A DNA stretch of 64,000 bases from Alphaproteobacteria bacterium (lineage in GTDB: Bacteria; Pseudomonadota; Alphaproteobacteria; GCA-2731375), in NCBI GenBank assembly GCA_965225945.1, contig CBDDBZ010000018.1:23207-87206 (forward strand), written 5' to 3'. A program made the translations under genes and the position numbers. Position 1 is the stretch's first letter. Every line of letters begins with the position of its first letter. Below are positions 40,521-50,281 of this stretch, piece after piece. Under the pieces are notes generated by a model. The model had not been told where the DNA came from. It saw only the letters and a list, made by a program, of their open reading frames with translations, and made no database searches.

Positions 40521-40747
40521 TGTGCAACACAAAAGTTCTTTACTCGGAAGGGCGTCTTCCGGTCTCGACCTTGATCGTCGATGCTTCGAAGGCCCGCTTT
40601 CAGAGAGAGGTCATTGCCGCTGTTCAAGAGAGCGGCGGAGAGGTCATCCTAGATACGAAATGTGCGGAAGAGCCGCGAGGTGACGCGCCGCCGGCAATTG
40701 TGAGAAGGAGGGAGAAAGTGATCAAATCGGGTTTGAGGCCCTTATGA
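40520..40747 (+). pseudogene. Short ORF, probably a deleted remnant of a longer gene preceding the Xre/RES pair
   Basis: GRLPVSTLIVDASKARFQREVIAAVQESGGEVILDTKCAE is protein-like; the stop overlaps the antitoxin ATG (ATGA). Confidence 0.45.
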
Positions 40748-41094
40748 GTAACGTAGCAACATCCCCTGTCGTGCAATTCATCACCCTTCTGCGGAAGGTC
40801 GGTGGGCTGAAAGGTATCGACATTGCGAATTTTACCGACGTATCAAAAGCGACGGTGTCGCGCTGGACCAATGGTCAAAAGAAACCGCATCCAAGGACGC
40901 AACTCATCCTATCCGATCTGCACTATATCGTTATGCGACTGAGCGACTACTACACAGCCGATGAAATCCGTGCTTGGCTCTATGCGCGCCATCCTCAACT
41001 GAACGGGGAACGCGCCATCGACTTGATCCATGAAGATCGGTCTGAGGAAGTGCTGAATATATTGGATCGCCTTGATTCGGACGCCTATCTCTAA
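40744..41094 (+). CDS. Xre/MbcA/ParS-type antitoxin (HTH + toxin-binding domain)
   Basis: HTH DIANFTDVSKATVSRW; C-terminal AWLYARHPQLNGERAIDLI. Confidence 0.88.
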   Translation: MSNVATSPVVQFITLLRKVGGLKGIDIANFTDVSKATVSRWTNGQKKPHPRTQLILSDLHYIVMRLSDYYTADEIRAWLYARHPQLNGERAIDLIHEDRSEEVLNILDRLDSDAYL

Positions 41095-41096
41095 AC

Positions 41097-41642
41097 ATGT
41101 CCCCACGGATCAGAGACAATGCACTGCTCGACGCGATAGAGCGGCTAAAACAAGAACCGTATCGAAATCGAGTCTGGCGGTCTGTCGGCGCGGGACGCAC
41201 GCCGACGGATTGCTGGCGGTCCGGAGGAAGGTGGGACGATCGGACCTTTGATGTTCTCTATACATCCGAAACCCGCGAGGGCGCCGTTGAAGAGCGGCGC
41301 TTTCACCTTTTCATGGGCCAACCGATTCCTCCATCAAAGCTCCAATACGAGCTCTATGAGCTTGAAGTCGAACTTGATCGCGTGATCGATCTGCCCAACC
41401 TCGCCTCCCTACAAGCCACCGGTATGGATACGAGTGGATATGGAAGGGCATCTTACGCCGATAAAGACGACGAATACCCATCCTCCCAGGCGATCGCGGA
41501 AGCATGCTTCTTTCTCGGTGCTGATGGAATACTGGTTCCAAGCACGCGCCATACATGCAAAAATTTGATCGTGTTCTGCGAACAGGATACGAGGAAGGTT
41601 CTTTCGATCGTCAAAAACCATGGCATCATTAGCTGGACATAG
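41097..41642 (+). CDS. RES domain toxin (NAD+-consuming family)
   Basis: VWR, GGRW, LYTS, AVEE, YPSSQAIA, GILVPS, NLIVF. Confidence 0.88.
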   Translation: MSPRIRDNALLDAIERLKQEPYRNRVWRSVGAGRTPTDCWRSGGRWDDRTFDVLYTSETREGAVEERRFHLFMGQPIPPSKLQYELYELEVELDRVIDLPNLASLQATGMDTSGYGRASYADKDDEYPSSQAIAEACFFLGADGILVPSTRHTCKNLIVFCEQDTRKVLSIVKNHGIISWT

Positions 41643-41739
41643 TCGTACGGCTTGGACGATTGTCGAGGTTGATGATGGGCGCTGCTGAACGGCGCGCCAA
41701 GCGGAATCCCGCTTAGGGAGTGGTGAGTTCACGCGCCAA

Positions 41740-42141
41740 TCAACCGGGCAATCCGATCGACGGCAGCACCGCCTCCACGGTGGCGGCGATTTCGAGCAGG
41801 CGTCGGTCGTGGCCGCGCGCCGCCGTCAGTTGCAGCGCCATCGGCAGGCCCGCCGAGGAGAGCCCCATCGGCAGGCTGATCGAGGGCGCCCCCGAGAAAT
41901 TGGCGAGCGCGGTCAGGTCGGCCTGATTGACCGGCACGGAATCGCCGAACGGGAACGCCGTCTGCGCCGCCGTCGGCGCCGCCACCACGTCGACCGTCTC
42001 CAGCAGCCGATCGAAGGCTCCCGCGAGGCCCCGAACCATCATCGCCGCCCGCGCCAATCGAGGTGCTGCGACGTCGCGGCCGTATTCCAGCATCTTCAGG
42101 AACTCTGGCGAATACGCCTCGCGCCGCTCGACGATGCCACT
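41740..42141 (-). pseudogene. Amidase-signature family, C-terminal fragment cut by IS21
   Basis: DVVAAPT, TALANFSGAPSISLPMG, GLPMALQL, DRRLL; ends abruptly at the IS21 terminus. Confidence 0.85.
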
Positions 42142-42344
42142 TGTCAATCGGCGTTGAACATTGACCCCCTATCGGCGTGCAATGTTGACCCCTTTGGGGA
42201 TGCACGGCGGAGGTCGTACAGGTAGTCCATAGGAGGGGCCCGCGCGCGGGCCGACGCGCCCACCACGCGGCTGGCGGCGGACCGCGCGTGGGAGGTTCCT
42301 GTGGGCCCACCTGGGCGACCGGGCGGCAGGTGGATCGGTTGCCT

Positions 42345-43073
42345 TTAGGACCGATTCTTGAAGCGCCAGGAGTCGTTTCCGGTCTCGATGATCTCGCAGT
42401 GGTGCGTCAGACGATCGAGGAGCGCGGTGGTCATCTTGGCGTCGCCGAAGACGGACGGCCATTCGCCGAAGGTCAGGTTGGTGGTGACGATGATCGAGGT
42501 GCGCTCGTAGAGCCGGCTGACGAGGTGGAACAGCAGCTGGCCTCCGGTTTGGGCGAAGGGCAGGTAGCCGAGCTCGTCGAGGATGACGAGGTCGCGCCGG
42601 GCCAGCTGATCGGCGAGCCGGCCCTGGCGGCCGGCGCGGGCTTCGGCCTCGAGCCGGTTGACCAGGTCGACGACGTTGAAGAAGCGGCCCCGGGCGCCAT
42701 CGCGGATGCAGGCCCGCGCGATGGCGACGGCGAGATGGCTCTTGCCGGTGCCGGTGCCGCCGATCAGCACGGCGTTGCGCTGGTTGGCCAGGAAGCCGCC
42801 GACCGCCAACTCGCGGACCAGCGGCTCGTTGACCGGGGTGTCGGTGAAGTCGAAGTCGGCCAGCTCCTTGGCCAGCGGCAGCTTGGCGCCACTCATCTGG
42901 TACTTGATGGATCGCGCCTGCTTGTCGGCGATCTCGGCCTTCAACAGCTCGCCGATGATTCGCTGCATCGGATGCTGGCGCTTGAGGCCGTCGGCGAGCA
43001 CCTCGTCGAACGCGTCGCGCATGCCGGCGAGCTTGAGTGCGGCCATCATCTCCAGGACCTCATGGCGCTCCAT
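42345..43073 (-). CDS. istB: IS21 helper ATPase
   Basis: [30 protein letters not shown]. Confidence 0.95.
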   Translation of the reverse strand: MERHEVLEMMAALKLAGMRDAFDEVLADGLKRQHPMQRIIGELLKAEIADKQARSIKYQMSGAKLPLAKELADFDFTDTPVNEPLVRELAVGGFLANQRNAVLIGGTGTGKSHLAVAIARACIRDGARGRFFNVVDLVNRLEAEARAGRQGRLADQLARRDLVILDELGYLPFAQTGGQLLFHLVSRLYERTSIIVTTNLTFGEWPSVFGDAKMTTALLDRLTHHCEIIETGNDSWRFKNRS

Positions 43074-44571
43074 GGCCGACCCCCCTCAAGCGGTCGTAGC
43101 GGGTGCAATCGGCCACCGGCTCAAAGCGAAGACGCAGGTTCGCGGGCGTCGGGATCGGCGCCGTCTCGGACGGCTGGCGCCGACGATTGAGGATGTTGAG
43201 CACGACGTCGGCGCTGCACACGCCGCCAGCGAGCGCCTCGGCACAGGCGGCCTCCACCGCCGCCAGCCCATCCGCCAGCACGGCGGTGAGGATCTCGACC
43301 ATCTGCCTGTCGCCGTCGTCGTGGCCGGCGAGCCGGACGCGCACGCGACCCAGGGCGCCGGGCAGCGCCCAGTCCTTGAACGGCGCGCCGTTACGAAGCG
43401 CACCGGGCTTCCTCGCCAGCACGGGCACGTAGTGCCACGGGTCATAGACGGTCTGGTCGCGGCCGAAGCGCCGGGCATGCTCGGCGACGATCTCGCCGTC
43501 CTGGCGGATGACGATGCGATCGGCGTAGGCATGGACCTCGACCGGACGGCCGACGGCGCGCGCCGCCACGCTGTACTTGTTGCTGTCGAAGCGCACCAGG
43601 CAGGTCTTCGACACCGACGCCGGGACCGCGTGGAAGCCGTCGAACGGCCCGCGATAGCCGACCAGGGACGGACGCTCGTCCTCGAACACCTGCCAGACAG
43701 TCCTGTCCTTGAACACCGGGTGGGGATGACGCCGGGCGTAGGCGACGCACTGGTCCAAGAGCCAGGCGTTGAGCTCGTCGTAGGTCTTGAAGCGCAGCCG
43801 CGGGGTGAAGAACCGACCGCGGATGATCCCGACCTGGTTCTCGACCTGCCCCTTCTCCCATCCCGCTCCCGGCGTGCATGCTGTCGGTTCGACCAGGTAG
43901 TGGCCACACATCTGCACGAAGCGCCGGTTGAACGCGCGCTCCTTGCCGATGAGGACGGTCTGCACCGCCGTCTTCATGTTGTCGTAGATGCCTCGCCGGC
44001 AGGCACCCTGGAACAGCCGGAATGCCCGGTCGTGGGCGTCGAACACCATCTCCTGGCTCTCGCGCGGATAAGCGCGGACGAAGAACATTCGGCTGTGGCA
44101 CAGCCGGACGTGCGCGACCTTGACCTTGGTCGTCACCCCCGCCAGCACCACGTACTCGTGGCTCCAGTCGAACTGATAGGCCTCGCCCGGCGAGAACACC
44201 AACGGCACATAGGTCTGCGCCGTCGATGCCGAACGGCGCCACCGCCACGCCTTGGCGTAGCGCCGCACCGCGTCGTAGCCGCCGCCATAGCCCAGACCCT
44301 CGAGGGCTTCGGAGATCCGTAGCAGCGTCAGCCGCTCCCGCTTCGACTTGGTCTCGTTGGCCTCCAGCATCCGCTCCAGCTCGGCCGTCCACGGCCCCAG
44401 CTTCGGCATCGGCTGGACCCGCCGGTCGTAGGTGAACGCCGTCGCCTGCGAACGGATCACCTTGCGCACCGTGTTGCCCGAGACCTTCACGTCCCGCACG
44501 ATCTCCTTGATCGGCTTCCCCTTGACGAAATACTCCCGCCGGATCCGCGCTATCGTCTCCACGACCAACAT
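43060..44571 (-). CDS. istA: IS21 transposase
   Basis: QFDW, IYDNMKT, EKGQVE (DDE). Confidence 0.95.
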   Translation of the reverse strand: MLVVETIARIRREYFVKGKPIKEIVRDVKVSGNTVRKVIRSQATAFTYDRRVQPMPKLGPWTAELERMLEANETKSKRERLTLLRISEALEGLGYGGGYDAVRRYAKAWRWRRSASTAQTYVPLVFSPGEAYQFDWSHEYVVLAGVTTKVKVAHVRLCHSRMFFVRAYPRESQEMVFDAHDRAFRLFQGACRRGIYDNMKTAVQTVLIGKERAFNRRFVQMCGHYLVEPTACTPGAGWEKGQVENQVGIIRGRFFTPRLRFKTYDELNAWLLDQCVAYARRHPHPVFKDRTVWQVFEDERPSLVGYRGPFDGFHAVPASVSKTCLVRFDSNKYSVAARAVGRPVEVHAYADRIVIRQDGEIVAEHARRFGRDQTVYDPWHYVPVLARKPGALRNGAPFKDWALPGALGRVRVRLAGHDDGDRQMVEILTAVLADGLAAVEAACAEALAGGVCSADVVLNILNRRRQPSETAPIPTPANLRLRFEPVADCTRYDRLRGVGHGAP

Positions 44572-44686
44572 CCCCCACCACCTCGTCCGCCCAAAAACGA
44601 GGTGACTTGGACTAGCCAGGCTCAGGGGGTCAAATTTGGACGCCGATCACCCCTCAACAGGGGTCAACTTTGCACGCCGTTCCACA

Positions 44687-44893
44687 GCAGGTCGGTGATC
44701 AGCTTCCAGTCGATACGCGGGCGTCCGATCGGCTCCTCCGGCTCTCGGGCATGCAGCACCGTGAGTACGAGCACCGGGTAGCGCTTCTGCTTGGCGATCG
44801 GCGGCCGGATGGTCATGCGGCGGTAGGAGAGTTCAACCTGGGTGGAACCGAGCTTGCCCTTGTCGTCACGGACAGCGACCCGGTGCAGCCCGC
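44687..44893 (-). pseudogene. Internal fragment of an IS4-family (IS50/Tn5-like) transposase
   Basis: Manual translation RGLHRVAVRD...RPPIAKQKRYPVLVLTVLHARE...IDWKLITDL. Confidence 0.75.
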
Positions 44894-44943
44894 GGTGGCC
44901 GGATTAAATCGGAATCAGTGGCCGCTTTGCCTCGGAATGCGCA
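44894..44943. mobile_element. Orphan IS21-type terminal inverted repeat
   Basis: GTGGCCG..TCGGAAT unit repeated twice and ending in ...GGAATGCGCA. Confidence 0.6.
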
Positions 44944-45175
44944 CCCGACAAGGAATCACGTTCTACTCCAATAATGCAACAAATTGGGGCAACACCCTGA
45001 TAAACCCCAAGATGTGGGTAATTGAAAGGTCGTCGGAACGCTTACCCCCATCCCCCATACCCCCATACCGGTCCAACCGAACCTTTACCTTTCACCCTGC
45101 GCAGTGCTGCGCACAACTTGGAAACAAAACGGTGCCTATACGGTACCTGGGCAAAACAGGGGTAACTACCCAGGT

Positions 45176-46362
45176 CTTACCATCCATCAGATTTTGCTTG
45201 CCTTGTAGAATCTTGATGTGATTCAAGGAATCCGCCCTTTTCACAGGCGGAGTTCGACGGATGGTTGGTATCGAGATGCTGTCGGGGACGATCGGTGAGG
45301 ACATGCTGGGGCGTCTTGCCGGGCAGAACAAGAAACAGCGCGAGGGACTGTCGCTTTTGGTGGCGACGATGCTGGACGTTCGGAGCGCGAACCTGATGGA
45401 CTTGGCGGCGTCCCTGCCGCGCGCGGCAGAACGGCTGGACATGCGCTATCAGTGGATCAGCCGGCTTTTGGGCAACGACTTGATCGAGGTTGACGCGGTG
45501 ATGGCGCCTTACGGACGCGACGTTCTGGCGCGGGTCGGGGCAGGCGGGCAACAAATTGTCCTGATCATGGACCAGACCCAGTTGACGGCCCGCCATCAGG
45601 CGGTGATGGTGGCGGTGCGGATCGCCGGGCGGGCGTTGCCGCTGTCATGGCGGATCAAGGAGACCCGAGGGGCGATCGGCTTTGGCGAGCAGCGCGCGGC
45701 ATTGGAGGCGGTCGTGGCGTTGCTGCCCGCCAGCGCCAAGCCTGTGCTGATGGGCGACCGTTTCTACGGTTCGCCCGCCTTGATCGCCTGGTGCCGGGAC
45801 CAGGGCTGGGACTGGCGCTTGCGGCTCAAGCAGCACCTGTTGGTGTTCGAGGACGGTGGGGAGACCACCCTGGCCGAGTGTTTCGCCCGGGGCGAGCACA
45901 TGCTCACCGGCATCGACCTCACCGAGAAGCGGGTCGCCACCAACGTCGCCATGGTGCACGAGGCGGGCCACCCGGAGCCCTGGATCATCGCGCTGTCCGA
46001 AGCCCCCACCAAACATCGGGCCTTCGATTACGGGCTCCGGTGGGGCATTGAACCCATGTTCTCCGACTTCAAAACCCGAGGCTTCGGTATTGAGGACAGC
46101 CACATCCAACGCACCGACCGCTTGGGTCGCCTTATCCTGGTCATGGCGCTGGCGCTGTTCTGGGCCGTGTCCGTCGGCATGTGGGACGTGGTCAACAAGG
46201 CCACCCCGGGCGAAAAAAACCGCCGGAAAAGCGACCCCGCAACCTGCTACGCAGCCTGACATCGCTGTTCAAACGTGGCATCCGCCGCATCCAGACCTGC
46301 CTCCAGCGACTCATCCCCCTCCCGCCCCTCTGGGAAGTCTGGAGAAATTGATGGGTGGTGAG
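45176..46362 (+). mobile_element. IS4-family IS (1187 bp) inserted in the IS66 left TIR
   Basis: Imperfect TIRs CTTACCATCCATCAG / CTCACCACCCATCAA; 10-bp TSD CTACCCAGGT (45166-45175, 46363-46372). Confidence 0.88.
45261..46351 (+). CDS. IS4-family transposase (C-terminus in -1 frame at an A7 run)
   Basis: MDQT, GDRFYG, YGLRWGIEPMFSDFK (YREK). Frame 0 stops at 46259; the -1 frame from GAAAAAAAC gives SLFKRGIRRI to TGA at 46351. Confidence 0.85.
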
Positions 46363-46507
46363 CTACCCAGGTACCCCGCTCTTGACCGCGAGAGGATGAT
46401 GTAGGTGGTCGCCGGGGCCGGGTTTCCGCCGCCGCGTCGTTGATCGTCTCTTGACTCCATAGAATCGGGCGTCTATGGGTTGCGCTCTCGTGTGACGGGA
46501 GCGGCGC

Positions 46508-47173
46508 GTGGAATATTTTGGGTCGAAGGCGACGAGCGGTCTGTGCCAGGCGCTGATTGCGCTGATGCCGCCGCACAGCGTTTACATCGAGAGCCACCTG
46601 GGGGGCGGTGCGCTGATGAAGCGCAAGCCAACGGGCGTGCGCTCGATCGGCATCGACCGCGATGCGCAGGCGCTCGAGGCCTTTGCCTGTGACTACCCGG
46701 TCGAGTTGGTGCATGGCTGTGCCCATGCCTTTTTGGCCTCGTTCCCGTTTCTGGGCCCGGAGCTGGTCTACAGCGATCCCCCCTATCTGCACGCGACCCG
46801 CCGTTCGGCACGGCGCTATCGCTTCGACTACGAGGAGGTCGACCATGTCGCGCTCCTGGACCTGCTCAAGGATCTGCCCTGCCAGGTGATGGTCTCGGGC
46901 CATCCCTCGGCGCTCTATGACGAGATGCTGGCGGGCTGGCGCAGTCTGGCGCTGCAGGTGACGACCCAGGCCCAGGTGCGGACCGAGGTCGTGTGGTTCA
47001 ACTTCGCGCCCGACCGGGTGCATTGGGCGAGCTACGCAGGCCGGAACTTCACCGACCGCCAGCGCATCAAGCGTAAGGCGGCCAACTGGGGCCGGCGTTA
47101 CAAGGCCTTGCCGGCGGGCGAACGCCTCGCGGTGCTGGCCGCCATGATGGCCGTCGATGCCGAGGACCCGTGA
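46508..47173 (+). CDS. DNA adenine methyltransferase (small Dam/D12-like)
   Basis: YFGSK, YIESHLGGGA (motif I), YSDPPY (motif IV), RTEVVWFNF. Confidence 0.88.
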   Translation: MEYFGSKATSGLCQALIALMPPHSVYIESHLGGGALMKRKPTGVRSIGIDRDAQALEAFACDYPVELVHGCAHAFLASFPFLGPELVYSDPPYLHATRRSARRYRFDYEEVDHVALLDLLKDLPCQVMVSGHPSALYDEMLAGWRSLALQVTTQAQVRTEVVWFNFAPDRVHWASYAGRNFTDRQRIKRKAANWGRRYKALPAGERLAVLAAMMAVDAEDP

Positions 47174-48708
47174 CGCTGTCGCGCTGGCACGAGGACCTCG
47201 CCGCCCATGACGAGGCCTTCGCGTGCCTGCAAGATCTTCTTGACCCCTCATCCTTCGCAATCACAGTCGTCAAGGCCTTCCGGGAATGGGGCCAGGGGCT
47301 GTTGCGCCTGGCCACGGCGCTCGTCCGGGAGAATGCCGCGCTCGAGCGGGAGAACGCGACCCTGCGGGACCGCATCGCCGAGCTCGAGCGGAGCGCGGCG
47401 CTTGACAGCACCACCAGCAGCAAGCCGCCCGCCAGCGACGGCCTGCGCAAGAAGAGCGGAACCCAGAGGCGCACCCGAAGCCAGCGCGGCAAGTCCGGCA
47501 GGCCAAGCGGCGGCCAGCCGGGCCACAAGGGAACGACGCTGGCGCGGACCGAGAGCCCGGACCATGTTGTGGATCATGACCCCTCCGCCTGTTCGGGCTG
47601 CGGCGCACCGCTGTCGGACGCCGACCGTCACCGCGCGCCCGTCTGTCGACAGGTCTTCGATGTGCCCGAGCCACGCCCCCTGGAGGTCACCGAACACCGC
47701 GCCCATCGCTGCCTCTGCGGCGCCTGCGCCACCGTGACAGGAGCCGTCTTCCCGGACGGCGTGACCGCCCCGGTCCAGTACGGGCCACGCATCACCGCCT
47801 GGGTGAGCTACCTGCTGTACGCCCAGTTCGTTCCCGAGAAGCGCTTGGCCGAACTCATGAGCGACCTCTTCGCAGTGTCCATCTCCACAGCCACGATCAC
47901 CGCCATGGGCCGGCGAATCGCCAGGCGCTTCGAGCCCTTCCTCGCCCATGTCGCAGACGTGATCCGCACAGCGGTCCCGGTCAAGCACCTCGACGAAACC
48001 GGCCTGCGGATCGCCGCCCGTACCCGCTGGCTCCACGTGCTGTGCACCCCATTCCTGACCGTCCTGCGCATCGGCGCGGGACGCGGCGATGTCGAAAAGG
48101 ACCTCGAAGGCATCCTCATCCATGACGATTACGCCGCCTACTTCACCCTCAAGGGCGTGCGCCACGGCGCCTGCAACGCCCATCACCTGCGCGAACTCCA
48201 GGCCCTGATCGACATCGAGAAGGAAGACTGGGCAAAGAGCATGCACCGCCTCCTTGAGCGCGCACACAGGGCTACCCGCTTCTCCCGTGAGAACGGCCGC
48301 GACGTGCCCGCCTCCCTGGTGGCCCGGATCTCGCGGGCCTGGGCCCGCATCCTCGACCACGCCATCGCCTTCCACGAGGCGCAGCCGCCGCTCCGGACCG
48401 GCAAGCGCGGACGAAAGAAACGCCGCAGCGGTCATAACCTCGCGCTCCGCCTCCGCAAGCACAAGGAGGGATGCCTGCGATTCCTCACCGACCCGCGCAC
48501 GCCGTTTACGAACAATGAGGCCGAACGTGACCTCCGAATGGCCAAGCTGCGCCAGAAGATCTCCGGTGGCTTCCGCTCCGAGAGGGGTGCCTACAACTTC
48601 GCCAGAATGCGTGCCGTCATCGCCACCGCCCGAAAGCAAGGCTGGAACGTCCTCCAGACCCTGGCGCATCCCGATCCGATGCAACTAATCCCCCAACTGC
48701 GCCTCTGA
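47170..48708 (+). CDS. tnpC: IS66 transposase
   Basis: DSTTSSKPPASDG, GGQPGHKG, zinc ribbon CSGC..CGAC, HLDETG, CNAHHLRE, TNNEAERDLR. Confidence 0.93.
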   Translation: MTLSRWHEDLAAHDEAFACLQDLLDPSSFAITVVKAFREWGQGLLRLATALVRENAALERENATLRDRIAELERSAALDSTTSSKPPASDGLRKKSGTQRRTRSQRGKSGRPSGGQPGHKGTTLARTESPDHVVDHDPSACSGCGAPLSDADRHRAPVCRQVFDVPEPRPLEVTEHRAHRCLCGACATVTGAVFPDGVTAPVQYGPRITAWVSYLLYAQFVPEKRLAELMSDLFAVSISTATITAMGRRIARRFEPFLAHVADVIRTAVPVKHLDETGLRIAARTRWLHVLCTPFLTVLRIGAGRGDVEKDLEGILIHDDYAAYFTLKGVRHGACNAHHLRELQALIDIEKEDWAKSMHRLLERAHRATRFSRENGRDVPASLVARISRAWARILDHAIAFHEAQPPLRTGKRGRKKRRSGHNLALRLRKHKEGCLRFLTDPRTPFTNNEAERDLRMAKLRQKISGGFRSERGAYNFARMRAVIATARKQGWNVLQTLAHPDPMQLIPQLRL

Positions 48709-48808
48709 GAACACCGGCACCGCTACCAGCCCGGACCCCCACGATCCCTCACATACAAACGCTCGGGCCAATCAGACCTGGGTAGTTACAAACAGGGTTC
48801 TTTGCCAC

Positions 48809-48848
48809 AAAAGAAAATCCCCGCCATCCTATTGGAATAGCGGGGATT
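48809..48848 (-). terminator. Rho-independent terminator following the tRNA 3' fragment
   Basis: Stem AATCCCCGC/GCGGGGATT followed by a U-rich tract on the minus strand. Confidence 0.7.
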
Positions 48849-48851
48849 ATT

Positions 48852-48896
48852 TGGTTGCGGGGGTTGGATTTGAACCAACGACATTCAGGTTATGAG
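48852..48896 (-). other. 3' half of tRNA-Met(CAT), initiator-like: integration (att) site duplication
   Basis: Minus strand reads CTCATAACCTGAATGTCGTTGGTTCAAATCCAACCCCCGCAACCA (anticodon loop, T-arm, CCA); no 5' half. Confidence 0.88.
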
Positions 48897-48922
48897 TTGG
48901 CTCAATTCGTGAATTGTATGCG

Positions 48923-49861
48923 TCACCTTGTTACGGCGGCGGCGAGGCAGGCTCGGTCATTGGCGCCGGGGGCGAGGCCGACGAGGTGGAACCAGCTCAG
49001 GTAGTTGTCCAGATAGCGGGTGGCGATGCCGCGGCGGGGACGCAGGAAGTCCTTCAACCGGCTGTGGCGGCTGTTCACCGTCTGCACATGCAGATCGCCC
49101 CGAACCCGTTCCCCCATCGAGCGGTTGAGTGCTTCGTGGCTCACCCCGAGCGCGGCGGCGCACGGTGGGTAGCTCGCGCCGCCGTCGGAGACCAGCAGGG
49201 CGTCCTTCGCGACCACCGGGTCGAGGGCAGCCGTGAGCGCCGCCGCATCGACCCTGGGCAGCACCGCGCTGACCGTCGTTCCGCTCCGGTCCGCCGCCAT
49301 GAGAACCGGTACCTGCTCGCGCGAGAGGCCGCGCTTCTTCGCCTTGCCGCCCCGCCGCCGTGCCTTGCGCCCCAGCCCGCGCGCGCCCTTCCGGCTCTCC
49401 AGGACGTAGGTCTCGTCCGCTTCCACGATCCCCTTGAGCACCTCCGAATCGCTCCGCGCCGCCGCCAGAAACCGGTGACGCCAGCGGAACGCCGTGCTCA
49501 CCGCCACGTCGCAGCGCGCCGCCGAGGCCTTCACCGTCTCCCCCTTCGCCAGCGACGCCCCGAACGACAGCCAGCGTTCCTTGTGGTGCAAGCCCGACAG
49601 CGGCGTACCGCTCAGCGCGTTGAAGGTCCTGCCGCAGCCCTTGCACTGGTAGCGCCGCAGACCCCGCGCCATACCGCGCGAAACCGCCCCTTCGCTCGCG
49701 CAGTGCGGACAGCGCCGGGCCTCGTCCACACCAAGCTCGATCGCGGCCTTCGATGCCTCGCCCTCGCTCCGGCCCGACAGCACCGCGAGCGCCTCGCGCC
49801 GCTGCGCGCGCGTCAGCCCGCGCGCCGCCGAAAGCCACACCTGGAAACCCTTGCCGTCCAT
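48923..49861 (-). CDS. IS1595-family transposase
   Basis: Zn ribbon CPHC..CKGC, HTH, VEADETY, LVSDG, HVQTVNSRHSRLK, YLDNYLSW. Confidence 0.93.
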   Translation of the reverse strand: MDGKGFQVWLSAARGLTRAQRREALAVLSGRSEGEASKAAIELGVDEARRCPHCASEGAVSRGMARGLRRYQCKGCGRTFNALSGTPLSGLHHKERWLSFGASLAKGETVKASAARCDVAVSTAFRWRHRFLAAARSDSEVLKGIVEADETYVLESRKGARGLGRKARRRGGKAKKRGLSREQVPVLMAADRSGTTVSAVLPRVDAAALTAALDPVVAKDALLVSDGGASYPPCAAALGVSHEALNRSMGERVRGDLHVQTVNSRHSRLKDFLRPRRGIATRYLDNYLSWFHLVGLAPGANDRACLAAAVTR

Positions 49862-50281
49862 AACCCAACCTCCTGACGTTTGTCGGTGGCGATGAAAAAC
49901 CGCGCTTAGATGGTGATTTCAGCGACATCGGGCATCGTGGCGCTGTAGCTGCGTGGTTTGCAGGCGGGAGTTGGCTCGGCGCAGCGGTGGGTAAGTAGCC
50001 CGCCGCAGCGACCGCCAAGAGTCTGGCGGCGGCGGGCTGCTTATCCACCGCGGGCGGGCGTCTCGATTCCTGTTTTGGCTGGCTGGCGGCGGCGGTTCCG
50101 CGGACCTGACAAGGGGAGCCGCGGGAGTACACTCGGGCCGCTGAGAACGATGCGGCGCCGGCCCCGTTTGCTTGCTGGCAACGACCGGCACCGCACCCCC
50201 CGAGCCATGCAAGGCACGACCCATATGCGCAGTATCGTGCGGGTTTGGGCGTGGGTCCACCCCGTTCTCATCGGCTGCGCG

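Larger units (their letters stand above)
42142..44686 (-). mobile_element. IS21-family insertion sequence (2545 bp)
   Basis: TGT...ACA termini, each with two GGCGT..TTGACCCC subterminal repeats; istA and istB present; no matching flanking duplication. Confidence 0.93.
45162..48789 (+). mobile_element. IS66-family (single-TnpC, ISBst12-like) element carrying a DNA methyltransferase; contains a nested IS4
   Basis: TIR GTAACTACCCAGGT at 45162 and its reverse complement ending at 48789; 8-bp TSD AAACAGGG (45154-45161, 48790-48797). Confidence 0.92.

Noticed and set aside
40185-41735. Terminal repeats bounding the Xre/RES islet
   Set aside because: Only weak, gapped similarity between the two edges and no target duplication
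48852-48896. Functional tRNA-Met gene
   Set aside because: No D-arm or 5' acceptor strand, even after removing the IS1595 (sequence beyond 54073 is unrelated)
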